Counted from the stretch's first letter, positions 47,461 to 57,931 are shown. The stretch: DNA of 64,000 nt from an uncultured Candidatus Saccharibacteria bacterium (GCA_964539475.1 CAZIIR010000001.1:2869-66868); one strand, 5' to 3'. The notes: generated from the sequence alone by a model not told the origin. A program made the numbers and translations.

Positions 47461-48447
47461 TTATATTCCGTATTTTGTTAAAAGATAATTTTCAACAAGT
47501 TGTCTGTCTGATTCACTTAACGCACTATCGTAACCAATTACTTCGTAAATATGCCCGCTGCCAAGCTCTCCGCCAGAAAGGTAAGTGCCGGGCGCTGAAA
47601 TAATTCCCGGTGCGCCTGCTGATCCAACTGTTCCTTGGCTGACTCCATTAAGCCAATGTTGTCCACCGCTACTTGTTTGCACAGCATTATGAAGCCGTAT
47701 TGAGGTATTTCCATTGCTAGATGTCGAGCCTCCGGCGAAACCCGTGTTAGAGTAGTAGGAATAATTAAACGAGTATGGTCCGAGGAGCCAGTTGTTACCA
47801 CCGCTTACCCATCGTCCGTTGGTTGTTCCTGAGTTTTTGTAAACGACAAAGATCGTGCATGTTGAGCCAGCGCTCCATGTAGTATCCATCCACTCCGCGC
47901 CCGCTGTTAGCAAACTCTTCACTCCTCCAATGTCTTTGAACACTGGACGTCTAATACCTGTAGCCTGCGTAGCGTTATTACCTTGTCCGCTGGAGTCAAC
48001 CCAAGTTTCCACAGTTTGCCCGTCTGTTGCTTGCGTAGTGCCTGTGTTATACGCGACACCGTTACCCTTGAGCCATAATTTAAGTCCTGCAATGTTTGCA
48101 GGCGAAAAAGTAGTTATAACTTCTGATGGATCGGATTCACCGTTTCCATTTATAGCTACAACCCAGACGTAATAAAGTGTTCCGTTAATAGTTCCCAAAA
48201 TAATGTGGCTTGTGTCAGACGGACCAGCTACAGGACTTGATTGAAGCGCAAACTCAAAATCATTATTCTCTGAGTAATAAACCTGATAACCTCCCTCCGG
48301 TTCAGGGTCTAACGCATCCCACGATACGTCGACTTGCTCATTGCCTGCTTGAGCGAACACGTTTTGTGGAGGAGAAGGAGGTAGGCCACCGCCGCCCCCG
48401 CTCGGACGGCGAAAGTTAATGTTTTGAACTAATCCGAGCGGAGGCAT
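47461..48447 (-). CDS. Fibronectin type III + LamG-like virion protein
   Basis: PSPPQNV.A..GN..V.VSW...YQVYY...YYVWVVAIN..GES.PS (FN3), followed by LWL.....V..W.D.SG.GN.ATQ...IYEVIGYDSALS...VENYL..KYGI. Confidence 0.8.
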   Translation of the reverse strand: MPPLGLVQNINFRRPSGGGGGLPPSPPQNVFAQAGNEQVDVSWDALDPEPEGGYQVYYSENNDFEFALQSSPVAGPSDTSHIILGTINGTLYYVWVVAINGNGESDPSEVITTFSPANIAGLKLWLKGNGVAYNTGTTQATDGQTVETWVDSSGQGNNATQATGIRRPVFKDIGGVKSLLTAGAEWMDTTWSAGSTCTIFVVYKNSGTTNGRWVSGGNNWLLGPYSFNYSYYSNTGFAGGSTSSNGNTSIRLHNAVQTSSGGQHWLNGVSQGTVGSAGAPGIISAPGTYLSGGELGSGHIYEVIGYDSALSESDRQLVENYLLTKYGI

Positions 48448-48454
48448 AATATAT

Positions 48455-48736
48455 TTATTCCGCTGGTTGGTTGTAGCAACGGACTGCCCCTGATGCTAAT
48501 TGAATCTTACTGAAACGCCCGTAGATAACATCACCAACAATATATGTTGCTCCCGCTGTAACAACACCAGAAACCATGTTTATACCATTGATGTTTGCAT
48601 TACCCTTTAGTTTTGCAAAAACAGTGTCTTCCAAAATTTGAATAACAGATACACAAACATCTTCAACCTCGTCTGTGTCCCAAATCTCAAATGATCCAGC
48701 GTATCCGTCTTCAATTATAACACTTTGTGGTCGCAT
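48455..48736 (-). CDS. Small putative virion protein
   Basis: IYGRFSKIQLASGAV pattern; position. Confidence 0.5.
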   Translation of the reverse strand: MRPQSVIIEDGYAGSFEIWDTDEVEDVCVSVIQILEDTVFAKLKGNANINGINMVSGVVTAGATYIVGDVIYGRFSKIQLASGAVRCYNQPAE

Positions 48737-48740
48737 ATAA

Positions 48741-49304
48741 TTATGATGCTGGCATTGCTCTAAGAGCAGTGTAGTTCAACTTGGTTGTTGTGTCTGTTCC
48801 GTTTGCGGAAAGAGTTACGTTAATCTGTCCTGCTGCTGCTACAGCCTTAGTAACAAGTTCTGCTGCTGCTTGGCTATGAAGAGTCACATGAACAGTATCA
48901 GTAGCAAGAAGACCAGCTATAGGAATATCACCTGCTGTTGCTACTCCGTCGTTCCATGTATGGATTCCTGATCCAACTACATAGTGAGAAGCTGTTTCAA
49001 TTGCTGCTTCTGATTGAGAGTCAATCAACTGAACTTGCAGTAGTTTAAGACGATCAATCTCGGCGCGAGCCCAATGGTATTCTGTTTCACTCAAAGGAGT
49101 TCCACAAATAATTTTATTATAAAGCGATAGCAGTGTAAGGTTTCCTGTTTCTGCGCTTGTGGGAATAACCGAAGGCTCTACTGCATAAAGTAGATCATAA
49201 GCGTTTCCAATCTCCAAGGATTTTAGTTCAAAGTCTTTTAATCCACCGCATTGTGCAATGGAGCGAGCAGTAACTAACCAATTTTTTTCTACGGTGGGTG
49301 TCAT
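48741..49304 (-). CDS. Putative virion protein
   Basis: A/T-rich beta C-terminal domain. Confidence 0.45.
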   Translation of the reverse strand: MTPTVEKNWLVTARSIAQCGGLKDFELKSLEIGNAYDLLYAVEPSVIPTSAETGNLTLLSLYNKIICGTPLSETEYHWARAEIDRLKLLQVQLIDSQSEAAIETASHYVVGSGIHTWNDGVATAGDIPIAGLLATDTVHVTLHSQAAAELVTKAVAAAGQINVTLSANGTDTTTKLNYTALRAMPAS

Positions 49305-49325
49305 AGTATCTTACTATAGCCGACT

Positions 49326-50012
49326 TTAAGTTAAAGTCAACTGTTTGTTTAATATTTTTTTTGCAATTAGATTATACGGATTTATTGGTTCTATTTTTAC
49401 AATTTCTTCCAATGGATACATATCTCCTGAGTATTTCATTTTAGCATGTGGTAATAACATTACTGCACATCTTATCATTCTTGAAACAAGTTCTATTTCA
49501 TATCCTCCACATGCAGGAAGACCTTCAAGATTTATCATTACAGCAAATCTTGGCCATAAAGCAAAAAGCCTATTGATCGCCCTTTGTGCATCTGTAATAT
49601 CTTTATTAACAATTGCCCATATCGCACGAAGAACACAAAGCCTTGATATATTAACCATTGTAAATGGATTTATAGTAAGCGATGCTCCATCAAGAAGTTT
49701 TGGCTTGTCTTCAATGTCATTAAATATCATAAAGTATGTCCTTGCTGTTATTAGAGAGCAATGCCACCTATAATGATAAAACTGATTTTCTTCGTTTGAT
49801 ACAACTTCAAATGCTTTTGGAAATGCTTTTTGTAAAAGCTCTATATTTGAATACTTTCCTTCTAAGTGTCTATATGTCAGCCAGCATATAGACTTACCAA
49901 TTGATGGTAAAAATCTCCATTCTAAGTTTAGTAATTTATATATTACAGATTCACAATCTGCAATTTTTTTTTCTATTGAATCATCTAGCTCAAGTCTTTT
50001 TCCGATGTCCAT
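49326..50012 (-). CDS. Hypothetical protein
   Basis: 228-aa ORF overlapping the end of the GT2 gene. Confidence 0.5.
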   Translation of the reverse strand: MDIGKRLELDDSIEKKIADCESVIYKLLNLEWRFLPSIGKSICWLTYRHLEGKYSNIELLQKAFPKAFEVVSNEENQFYHYRWHCSLITARTYFMIFNDIEDKPKLLDGASLTINPFTMVNISRLCVLRAIWAIVNKDITDAQRAINRLFALWPRFAVMINLEGLPACGGYEIELVSRMIRCAVMLLPHAKMKYSGDMYPLEEIVKIEPINPYNLIAKKILNKQLTLT

Positions 50013-50896
50013 AGCGCAATTCTTTCCTTTGCTTTAATAATTGCATCATCTACCCACTCTTGTCTTCTTGTTGCTTCTTGTGCTGAGTAAAGACGAGCGG
50101 CTGTTAATGTCCTACAGTGATCAATTCTATCGTCATCTGTTCTTTCGTGATTCTTTTCTTTTCCTATTAGCTTCGCATTAAATCCAGCTTCCCATAAATA
50201 GTAATTAAGAAGAATCTCAGTATCTGGCCAATTGTTTCCCATCTCAGGATGGTTTGGAATGAATTGCAGACCTTGTTTATTACATAGCTTTCTAAGGCTC
50301 CATGCTGCATTTATGTGATCCATTGTTGGAACATGAAGCATTGTGCATGTATGGCTTACCATATACTGCCAATCAGAATGCTCTCTTGGTGTCATCTGAT
50401 AACCAACAGCAGGTCTTTGATCGTCAGTTAGAAGAATCAATTCTTCTAATACATTTCTTCGTTTTAGAAATACATCTGTATGAGTGCAAAACAAATGTTC
50501 TGTCCTACATACTGACATAGCCAAATCCATAGCATGAGCAGGATAATCGCTGGAATGAATTACTCCTTTAAACCTTAGTCGATGAATCTCTATGTCATCA
50601 TCATCTGCAAACTTCTTTTCAATTATGTCGAAGTTTTCCTTTGTGCTGCCAGTATCAACAAGAACAATAAATGGTCGCGCAGTTTGAAGTCGTAATAATT
50701 CTATTACATATTCAACAGTATCAGGAGTATCGAGAATTGGTATCCATGCTTCACATGCATATTCCCATGGCTTCTTCTCGATAACTCCTTTTTGTGCTGA
50801 TTCTCTACCTCTTGCTGGCGACCATTTATCGTCTGTTTGTTTGATTACTGGTGCGTTTTCTTCTTTAATAATAACTGACTTTAGCTCTTTTGGCAT
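49985..50896 (-). CDS. GT-A fold (family 2-like) glycosyltransferase
   Basis: WIP.LD...LR.QT...VLVDTGS, and HTDVF (DxD-equivalent). Confidence 0.75.
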   Translation of the reverse strand: MPKELKSVIIKEENAPVIKQTDDKWSPARGRESAQKGVIEKKPWEYACEAWIPILDTPDTVEYVIELLRLQTARPFIVLVDTGSTKENFDIIEKKFADDDDIEIHRLRFKGVIHSSDYPAHAMDLAMSVCRTEHLFCTHTDVFLKRRNVLEELILLTDDQRPAVGYQMTPREHSDWQYMVSHTCTMLHVPTMDHINAAWSLRKLCNKQGLQFIPNHPEMGNNWPDTEILLNYYLWEAGFNAKLIGKEKNHERTDDDRIDHCRTLTAARLYSAQEATRRQEWVDDAIIKAKERIALWTSEKDLS

Positions 50897-50915
50897 GACT
50901 TTAATTAATTTATTG

Positions 50916-51515
50916 CTACTCCTCTGTAATCACATCAACTGGACTCACGATGATGTAAAAATCAAGTGCTGGCATTGTGCATGAAGCAGCGTTTGCATTC
51001 AGATACTTAACTTTTACTCCGTAGATATGTCCTGGGAATATGTTGTTAGCTATAGTATTACCTTCGTCCGTGTCTTTGTCATGAAGACTTGTTGACGTAA
51101 GAAGAAGAGTATTACCAATTTGAGCACCTGATGTAAAATCCCAAAATCTTACTTCAAGACTTGCTGCTCCTACATAAGCACCACCACAAGCATTCCAGTC
51201 AATGGTGGAAACACCAATTCCTAAAACCTTGTTATTAAATGGCGATTTTGAATACTGAGTTATTGTTTCATCATTAGGATCAACTGTATCTCCCTCTGGT
51301 GTAGAAAAAAGAATAATACCAGAGGCATAACCTTTCTCCTGAACTCGATCAGTGTATTCCCTAATTGCTGCCGCAATATCAACCAGTGCTCCATACAAAT
51401 TAATAATGCCGTCACCTAAAGTGTAGCATGTATGTTTTGTATATCTAATGAATGTTGACAAAAACGATGGCTTGGTAGCTGTTCTTGCTTCACATGTGCA
51501 ATCTTCTGTTGGCAT
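50916..51515 (-). CDS. Putative virion protein
   Basis: Immediately downstream of the MCP; probable start MPTEDC. Confidence 0.45.
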   Translation of the reverse strand: MPTEDCTCEARTATKPSFLSTFIRYTKHTCYTLGDGIINLYGALVDIAAAIREYTDRVQEKGYASGIILFSTPEGDTVDPNDETITQYSKSPFNNKVLGIGVSTIDWNACGGAYVGAASLEVRFWDFTSGAQIGNTLLLTSTSLHDKDTDEGNTIANNIFPGHIYGVKVKYLNANAASCTMPALDFYIIVSPVDVITEE

Positions 51516-51540
51516 AGTCGTAATATTTTTATTGTTACAA

Positions 51541-51579
51541 AAAAGGGGGAGTAGGAATGACCCCACTCCCCCAATTTTT
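51541..51579 (-). terminator. Intrinsic terminator after the major capsid gene (possibly bidirectional)
   Basis: GGGGGAGT/ACTCCCCC stem flanked by A and T runs. Confidence 0.7.
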
Positions 51580-51588
51580 CATCATCTA

Positions 51589-53640
51589 TTAAGCACAAGT
51601 CACACGAATACTCACAGCACCTTCTCGGAATGCGCATCCGAAACCAGCTTCCGCAGTCTGAATGACATAGGTAAGCGTATCTGGATTAACACTAGAGATT
51701 GTTCCGCTAATAGCAGTGCTGATAATAACACCTTCTTCATCGTAGAAGCCGACGTTAACAGTAGCTCCAACATTGCAGTTCAGAGAGCTGTCAAGAACGA
51801 CCTTGATTGCATCTTCTGCTATTGCATCGTCATCAGTGCTATCAGCACAACTAACAACAGTTCCGTAAGTTGGGGTTGCATCTGGACATCCAATGTATGC
51901 AATGCACTCATCAGCAGCAAGCGCAGAGGCAAGCTTGATAAGAACAGTCCAGTCTGGATTCACTACATTCGGGCGGAAGATTTCGACAATCGTAGCCGCG
52001 CGAACCTTGGTAGTATCTCCAGAATCATCATCATTGATGTGAACCTGAATAGTGCTACCGCAGACACAAGAACCAAGAGGAGATTGATTAGGAGCAATCG
52101 AATCTTGGTTTTCCTTGCGAATCTTAACCATGTAATGAAGATTTGCAGCATCACCACAGGATTTGGTGGAGCATTTAACCTTCCTTACACTGGAGGAGCT
52201 AGTAATATTATTACTAACCTTCGTGTTGTTAGGATTGCAACCAATGGTCAGAATCGAGCAACTCTGAGTCTTTGGAACGATGGTGAACACAGGCTGGAGA
52301 TCGCAAGTATTTGGAGCGCGAAGACGAATCTTTTTAGCGCGAGCAATCATACCCCAACTTGCATCAGGATTAAGCATACGGAAGCCCATTTCATACCGCT
52401 TACGGAAGTGAGGCATGTTAAGGTCTTCGTTACACTCCTTATCGTAATCGTTACGATATTCCCAATCGCCCTTACCGGAGATAGGATGAATTGGCATTCC
52501 TTCGATACCAGTCGAGATAACTGGACGACTAAGGATTTCACCAGCACCCTTACCAATGGCTTGAACAAGGAAGAATGGAGCGTTACGATATTCACGGAAG
52601 TCGTAAACAGAACGAACACCAGTGTCAACCTCAACGTCTTTACGACCCTGAACAACAGCGAGTCCACCTTCGGAGCTTTCTGCAAAGCGAGGAAGGGCTG
52701 GAACAGAGCGCATAATAAAATTACCAATAGTATGACGCTCTTGGTCTTCATACACAGAGCCGTTCAACATCGGCACTTTTTGTGTGTATTTAGAACGCTC
52801 GATATACTCTGGATTATCAAGGATTTCCCTCTTATACCAGTCTTCTGGATACCAGAACTCAAACAATGGCTCACCACGCTGACCCTTAGCAATATAGTTA
52901 GGATTGCGAGAATCAGTCAATGCGGAGCCGAAGTTATCCAAGAAGGACAAGTCAACAGGCATGATGTTGCTTGGGTTTCCAACCTGAGGATACAACGGAT
53001 TCATGTAAGAGTAGCGATACCCTTGCAGAGCATTGTATGGACTAAAGTTTTCAACTGGAACAATATTGCCAGAACCATCGTTCTCGACTTCAAGAGCCCA
53101 TTTGTGACCAGTCATCCGAATGAGAGCCATGGTATAGAATATATTCATTACCTGCTCGTCAACAGAGAACCGCTCCTTCACAATCATTTCGGCAATTTGC
53201 TTTGCCTGCATGGAAGTGCGGATATTAGCGATACACATACGACGGGTTTTGAAGCCGGTCTTATACATTTCCAATTCAGGAATAGCAGAGATGCCTCCCT
53301 GTGGAATTTCGCAGTAATCCGTATGACATTCATTAGCAGAACCAGGAGAGCAAATCTCCATGGAACGCTGAAAGATCCCCATGTCAAAGGGAATATGAGC
53401 AGAGTGATAAACTCGACCCAATTCGGTTGTTCCGCTCCAGTCTTTCCACTCACGAACTGGAAACAGTCCGGTGAGGTATTTATACATGGAGTCATACATG
53501 ACTTTCATTTGTTCCACCTTCTCGCTCCAAAGAGCGTTAGGTCCGTCTTTAAAAACCAAGTCAATAACTTGGTCGCGAGACATGTCGTCTCCACAGGCTT
53601 CTACCTGATCTATCCATTCGTCTGATGTTAAGTGTGGCAT
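51589..53640 (-). CDS. Major capsid protein (putative) with Cys-rich C-terminal extension
   Basis: Follows portal and scaffold; own promoter and terminator; strongly biased codons. Confidence 0.75.
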   Translation of the reverse strand: MPHLTSDEWIDQVEACGDDMSRDQVIDLVFKDGPNALWSEKVEQMKVMYDSMYKYLTGLFPVREWKDWSGTTELGRVYHSAHIPFDMGIFQRSMEICSPGSANECHTDYCEIPQGGISAIPELEMYKTGFKTRRMCIANIRTSMQAKQIAEMIVKERFSVDEQVMNIFYTMALIRMTGHKWALEVENDGSGNIVPVENFSPYNALQGYRYSYMNPLYPQVGNPSNIMPVDLSFLDNFGSALTDSRNPNYIAKGQRGEPLFEFWYPEDWYKREILDNPEYIERSKYTQKVPMLNGSVYEDQERHTIGNFIMRSVPALPRFAESSEGGLAVVQGRKDVEVDTGVRSVYDFREYRNAPFFLVQAIGKGAGEILSRPVISTGIEGMPIHPISGKGDWEYRNDYDKECNEDLNMPHFRKRYEMGFRMLNPDASWGMIARAKKIRLRAPNTCDLQPVFTIVPKTQSCSILTIGCNPNNTKVSNNITSSSSVRKVKCSTKSCGDAANLHYMVKIRKENQDSIAPNQSPLGSCVCGSTIQVHINDDDSGDTTKVRAATIVEIFRPNVVNPDWTVLIKLASALAADECIAYIGCPDATPTYGTVVSCADSTDDDAIAEDAIKVVLDSSLNCNVGATVNVGFYDEEGVIISTAISGTISSVNPDTLTYVIQTAEAGFGCAFREGAVSIRVTCA

Positions 53641-53772
53641 CTGATTTTGATTTTAATGTTTTTATTACGATTATCGTCCTGTTTGATGCCAACCAAACTT
53701 ATAGCGGCAAACCCTCTTGTAGCCAACTCAAGATAAGGCATTAGGTCTTACTACTTCCGGATTTCAATGATG

Positions 53773-53800
53773 ACTATACTACAGTATTAAGAATAAGCAA
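53773..53800 (-). promoter_or_regulatory. Putative capsid gene promoter (GTAGTATAGT class)
   Basis: TTGCTT-16-TATAGT on the - strand. Confidence 0.6.
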
Positions 53801-54002
53801 CTAATATTTTAATTATTTGTTAATTCAAGTTTACTAAGTAAAACTAGCTTTAATTCTCCTCTTGTTTTGACAAGACCGAATTTTCTGATTCCTAAAAAGC
53901 CAGTTGTTATACCTATTAGACTTCCATAGGTATAACAATACATATATCCAGCATCGTAACTTGGATCAAGATATTTCTCTTTCCATTTTACATTGAGCGA
54001 GT

Positions 54003-55160
54003 TCATTTAAAAGTCCCTAGTGGGTCCACTGGTTTTCCGTCTGGTTTTTTTATTTCTTTCCTTTGTGATGATCCGCCACCTCCAGGTGCTCCAGATTTAT
54101 GTTTCAACTTTTCAAGTCTTAGTTCTTCCTGAATTTCTTTAACTTTAGTTACAAGAGAATCAAAGTGCTTAGCTTTTGAAAGATCAGTAAGAAGGTCTGC
54201 ATATTCCTTTTTGTTTTCTCCCTTTAATACTTTTATTAGGAAATCACTATTTTCTCTTATGCTGTCCTTAAACTCATCTTCCGCAATAACACCTTCAATA
54301 GAAGAATAGTCAAAGTCTTTAATTACTTTATCAGTAACATAAACTCTTCCTGCTGTTTCCTTTTTAATGTATTCTTCTTTTTGCTGTGCTTCTTGGTAAA
54401 GAAGTTCTTTTTTCTTTTCTTCTTTTGTTTTTTCCCAATTCTGTTTAGCAGATACTGCTTTAACTATTTTACCATGAACTGTTTGAATCTGGTTTACAAC
54501 CTGACTCAACTGCGGAAGGTCATAATCTTCTCCTGTTGCTCTTTTGTATTCACTTTCAAACTTGGTAAGAATAGCCTTAACCTGTATTGACCCTAGAGGC
54601 TTACCTTCCTTATCAAGTGAAAGAAGATTATTATAAAGAGAATCAATTAACTTAGGATTTTTGATTTTTCCTTCGTTATTGATTGGAGCAATAATAGCTA
54701 CAAGGTTATTTTTCTCTTGATTAAGAGGTAGTATGTAATCTTCATTGTATTCGTTTGAATGATCAATGCTGATCTCCTTTAATCGCATGTCTGTTTCTTG
54801 AAACTTTTTCTCATACTCTGTAAGCTTCTTTTTCTTTTCCTTGTTACGCTCAATATATTTATTAACCTTTTCTTCATCAAGACCACCTTCTTTGTTTTTG
54901 ATATAATCAGCAACAGGCTTAAGAGGCTTTAGTTCTTCAAACTGAGTCAACTCAGCTTTAAGTTTTTTAGCCTCTTCTTCGGCAGCTTCTTTTGCTTTTT
55001 TTAATTCAGAGAACTGTGATTCTTTTGATTTAGGTTGCTTGTCTTGTGGTTTATCCTGTGGCTTATCATCAGGAATCTTGTCTTCTTTTTTTGGTTCATC
55101 CACAACTTCTGTTGCGCGAAACATTGATAATGGGTCTTTAATTTCTACTGGAGTGCTCAT
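54003..55160 (-). CDS. Putative capsid scaffolding protein
   Basis: K/E-rich coiled-coil between portal and MCP. Confidence 0.6.
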   Translation of the reverse strand: MSTPVEIKDPLSMFRATEVVDEPKKEDKIPDDKPQDKPQDKQPKSKESQFSELKKAKEAAEEEAKKLKAELTQFEELKPLKPVADYIKNKEGGLDEEKVNKYIERNKEKKKKLTEYEKKFQETDMRLKEISIDHSNEYNEDYILPLNQEKNNLVAIIAPINNEGKIKNPKLIDSLYNNLLSLDKEGKPLGSIQVKAILTKFESEYKRATGEDYDLPQLSQVVNQIQTVHGKIVKAVSAKQNWEKTKEEKKKELLYQEAQQKEEYIKKETAGRVYVTDKVIKDFDYSSIEGVIAEDEFKDSIRENSDFLIKVLKGENKKEYADLLTDLSKAKHFDSLVTKVKEIQEELRLEKLKHKSGAPGGGGSSQRKEIKKPDGKPVDPLGTFK

Positions 55161-55377
55161 TTCTTAATTATAATTGGCTTTATTGTTAATAGCTGTGCTA
55201 ATTTTCTTGCTTCTGAGTATTTTGCGTGTGCGTTTTCTGGAGTTGCCTCTGTGCTTAACGATAGAAGTAATTCATTTAATATAATTATTCTAAAGTCAAT
55301 TGATGTTTTTAGTTCTGATAGCTTTTGTTTTCTTTCATCTGTAAGTGGAAAAAAATCCAATACTTTATCTAAATCAC

Positions 55378-55560
55378 TCATGACAATAATTGCATAGCTC
55401 TTTCTGCCGCAGCAATCCAAGCATCTGATTGTTTCTTTTTGGTCGGATCATTTGAAAATGTTTCCCAATTTGGAAGAAGATCACCATTAAATGCTTTTCC
55501 TCCAACCGCTTCACAGTATGTTTTATACAATTCTCCTGCAATGTATTCTTTATTAATCAT
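55378..55560 (-). CDS. Small hypothetical phage protein
   Basis: Y..YC..VGG..FNG..LP.W...AW.AA. Confidence 0.55.
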   Translation of the reverse strand: MINKEYIAGELYKTYCEAVGGKAFNGDLLPNWETFSNDPTKKKQSDAWIAAAERAMQLLS

Positions 55561-55564
55561 ATTA

Positions 55565-57931
55565 TTATTGTTGTGCTAGTTTGACTGCTTCTTTCATCCT
55601 TTTCAGGTCTGCTTCTACTGTAGCTAATTGTTTCTTTATTTCTGAGTTTTCATCTGCTTCTCGTTTTTTCATTTCCATCTTCATTTGGAAATCTGCTGCC
55701 TTACGCTCTGCTGCCGCCATTGTAAGAGCGTTTGTCCTTTTCTCTTTTTCTTGTGCTTTATACTCAAGAATTTGGATTTTTCTTAATTCCTCTGGCGGAA
55801 TATCCATTCCTTGCTGTCCGTTTTGAGCGTTATCCTGTTTCTTTTTATTGATTATGTCAGCTATTTGTTTAGCTGTTTTTTCAAATGTTGTCTGAATGTT
55901 CTTAAATTCCTTATAGCGATTTTTGAAGAATCGTGATGTTTTTATTGCCTCAACATGCTTCTCGGTATTAGTAAGAGCATTGGTGATATAATTGAATCCA
56001 GCAACAATATCTTCACCACCTTGTATTCCCTTGATCATTCGATCAATCTTCGCATAATGAATATTAAGGTGCCCAATGTTATCTTGAGACGAATCGAAAA
56101 CAACCTCAGATGTGTTATAAAACGCTGAATTTTCAAGTGCTGCTTGTTCTATTTGATGGCCGTATTCAACTGCTTCAATAAAAATATTAACATCTTGTCT
56201 TGAAAAGCCAAGTGCCATCAAGAAGCTTCGTTGAAGTCTTGTTCTTCCATTTGAGTTTTGAGCAAATGGCATTGCAGCTTGGATTGATTGAATGTCGTTA
56301 TTAACAGCATGAAGCTGTATGCATTCAATCTCAGAGAGTATCTTTTTAATATCCTCTTTCTTTATTCCAAATTCCTTGAACTCAAACTCAAGTTCATCAA
56401 AGAATTTTGCCTTTGCTTTTTCGTCAATTGGATTGTCGTAATCCTCGTTAATTAAATCATTAAGAATGCAGGTAAAAAGAATAGAGTAGTCCCTTAGTTT
56501 AAATGGGGTTTTTGCATTCTTTTGATTTGAATGCATTGCCCCCTGCAATTGAACTTCATCTTTTGTTGGTCTATTTGATAAATTTATTTGAGGATTGTAG
56601 TGAGATGTCTGACTCTTAAAGTCATTGTCGTCACTTTGTATTGATTGAATATGATCGTTTAGATCATATCTAATCTGTCCTGTTGGAATAACTGCATTAG
56701 GTGGAAGTATAGTCAATCCACCATAAACTTTAATCTCAACGTCTTCATTTGCAAGATCGTCCTTAGTCTGGATCAAAAGGTTTCCAGTTAGAAGTAGCTT
56801 ATCCTCGATTGAGTTACGCTTAAAGTCATACCTCATACTTTCCTCTGTTATCTGCTTAGAGGAACCACGGAGACTGTGAATTGTTTTCTCGTTGCTTACT
56901 GCAAATTCTTTTACAATATTGATTCGCTCAGTGTATGGAATTTTACCGTGATTTTTTTGATACAGAAGATATTTATTAGCAGAAACAGTCCATCCACTTT
57001 CGGCGTAGCATTGAGTTGCTACTATGTATGTTTCAGTAACCTCTGATCCGTCTGTAGTAAATATTTTAGCAACATCAATGTTGTTAATATTTATATTAAT
57101 CCAAGTCTCTCCTTTTTTCTCACGAATAATTTCAACATCTTCCCATGAGTTGATCTCTAGCTTACCTTCATTGATTTTTGCGCTTATTTCATAAGCACCG
57201 GATTTTACGTCATTTATGATTTCTTCATTATTAGAAAGCAAATCATAAAAGATTTCCTCAATTCCTTCTTTTACCCATCCATTTTCATAGATATGGTATG
57301 GGTCGCATCTGTTTTCTACTAGAGTTAATTCAAACTTTTCACACTCTCTTATTCTTTGTAGAAGGACTTCTGCTTTGATTGTGTCAAAAACAACATAATT
57401 CCTAATGTCATCAATGGTTGTTCCGTCTTCAAAGGCTATGCTTTTATGTGAAATTGGGTTTCCGAGGTAGTTAAACTTGTCTCGAATGATTGGAGCGAAT
57501 CCAAAAACGTAAGAAAGATACTCGATTTGACAAAGAAACGTCTGAAATCTTGGGTCTTGCTCAAGAATGTCAGCAAAAACCTCTGCTATTTTCCTTCCAA
57601 AGATACTTCTAAGTAATTCTGTATCAAGGAATTGATAAATTTGTTCTTTTTTCTTGCTTGTTCTGTTAAAAACAATCTCCATCATGCCCAATGTCTTGAA
57701 AATCTCAGTGACATTAGACATAACACCTTGTTCTACAAGCATTCTGCCCTTACCAAAGTTCCAGTTGTTAGACCATGATATAAATTGTTTCTTTCTTTCA
57801 TTCTCATCGAAAGGTTGCTTGTATTCCATCAAGTAATCTTCGGTGTTTTGAATCTTGTCCCATCGCTCAGAATGAGAAAGAGTTGCTGCGCTAATAATTA
57901 TATTAGCATCTTCTGAGTTTTCGATGATCAT
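55565..57931 (-). CDS. Putative portal protein
   Basis: 788 aa, downstream of the terminase, long C-terminal coiled-coil (P22-like barrel). Confidence 0.7.
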   Translation of the reverse strand: MIIENSEDANIIISAATLSHSERWDKIQNTEDYLMEYKQPFDENERKKQFISWSNNWNFGKGRMLVEQGVMSNVTEIFKTLGMMEIVFNRTSKKKEQIYQFLDTELLRSIFGRKIAEVFADILEQDPRFQTFLCQIEYLSYVFGFAPIIRDKFNYLGNPISHKSIAFEDGTTIDDIRNYVVFDTIKAEVLLQRIRECEKFELTLVENRCDPYHIYENGWVKEGIEEIFYDLLSNNEEIINDVKSGAYEISAKINEGKLEINSWEDVEIIREKKGETWINININNIDVAKIFTTDGSEVTETYIVATQCYAESGWTVSANKYLLYQKNHGKIPYTERINIVKEFAVSNEKTIHSLRGSSKQITEESMRYDFKRNSIEDKLLLTGNLLIQTKDDLANEDVEIKVYGGLTILPPNAVIPTGQIRYDLNDHIQSIQSDDNDFKSQTSHYNPQINLSNRPTKDEVQLQGAMHSNQKNAKTPFKLRDYSILFTCILNDLINEDYDNPIDEKAKAKFFDELEFEFKEFGIKKEDIKKILSEIECIQLHAVNNDIQSIQAAMPFAQNSNGRTRLQRSFLMALGFSRQDVNIFIEAVEYGHQIEQAALENSAFYNTSEVVFDSSQDNIGHLNIHYAKIDRMIKGIQGGEDIVAGFNYITNALTNTEKHVEAIKTSRFFKNRYKEFKNIQTTFEKTAKQIADIINKKKQDNAQNGQQGMDIPPEELRKIQILEYKAQEKEKRTNALTMAAAERKAADFQMKMEMKKREADENSEIKKQLATVEADLKRMKEAVKLAQQ

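Noticed and set aside
51448-53625. 725-aa + strand ORF antisense to the capsid gene
   Set aside because: Codon-aligned shadow of a biased, highly expressed gene; the sequence is unprotein-like, has no motifs and opposes the whole late arm
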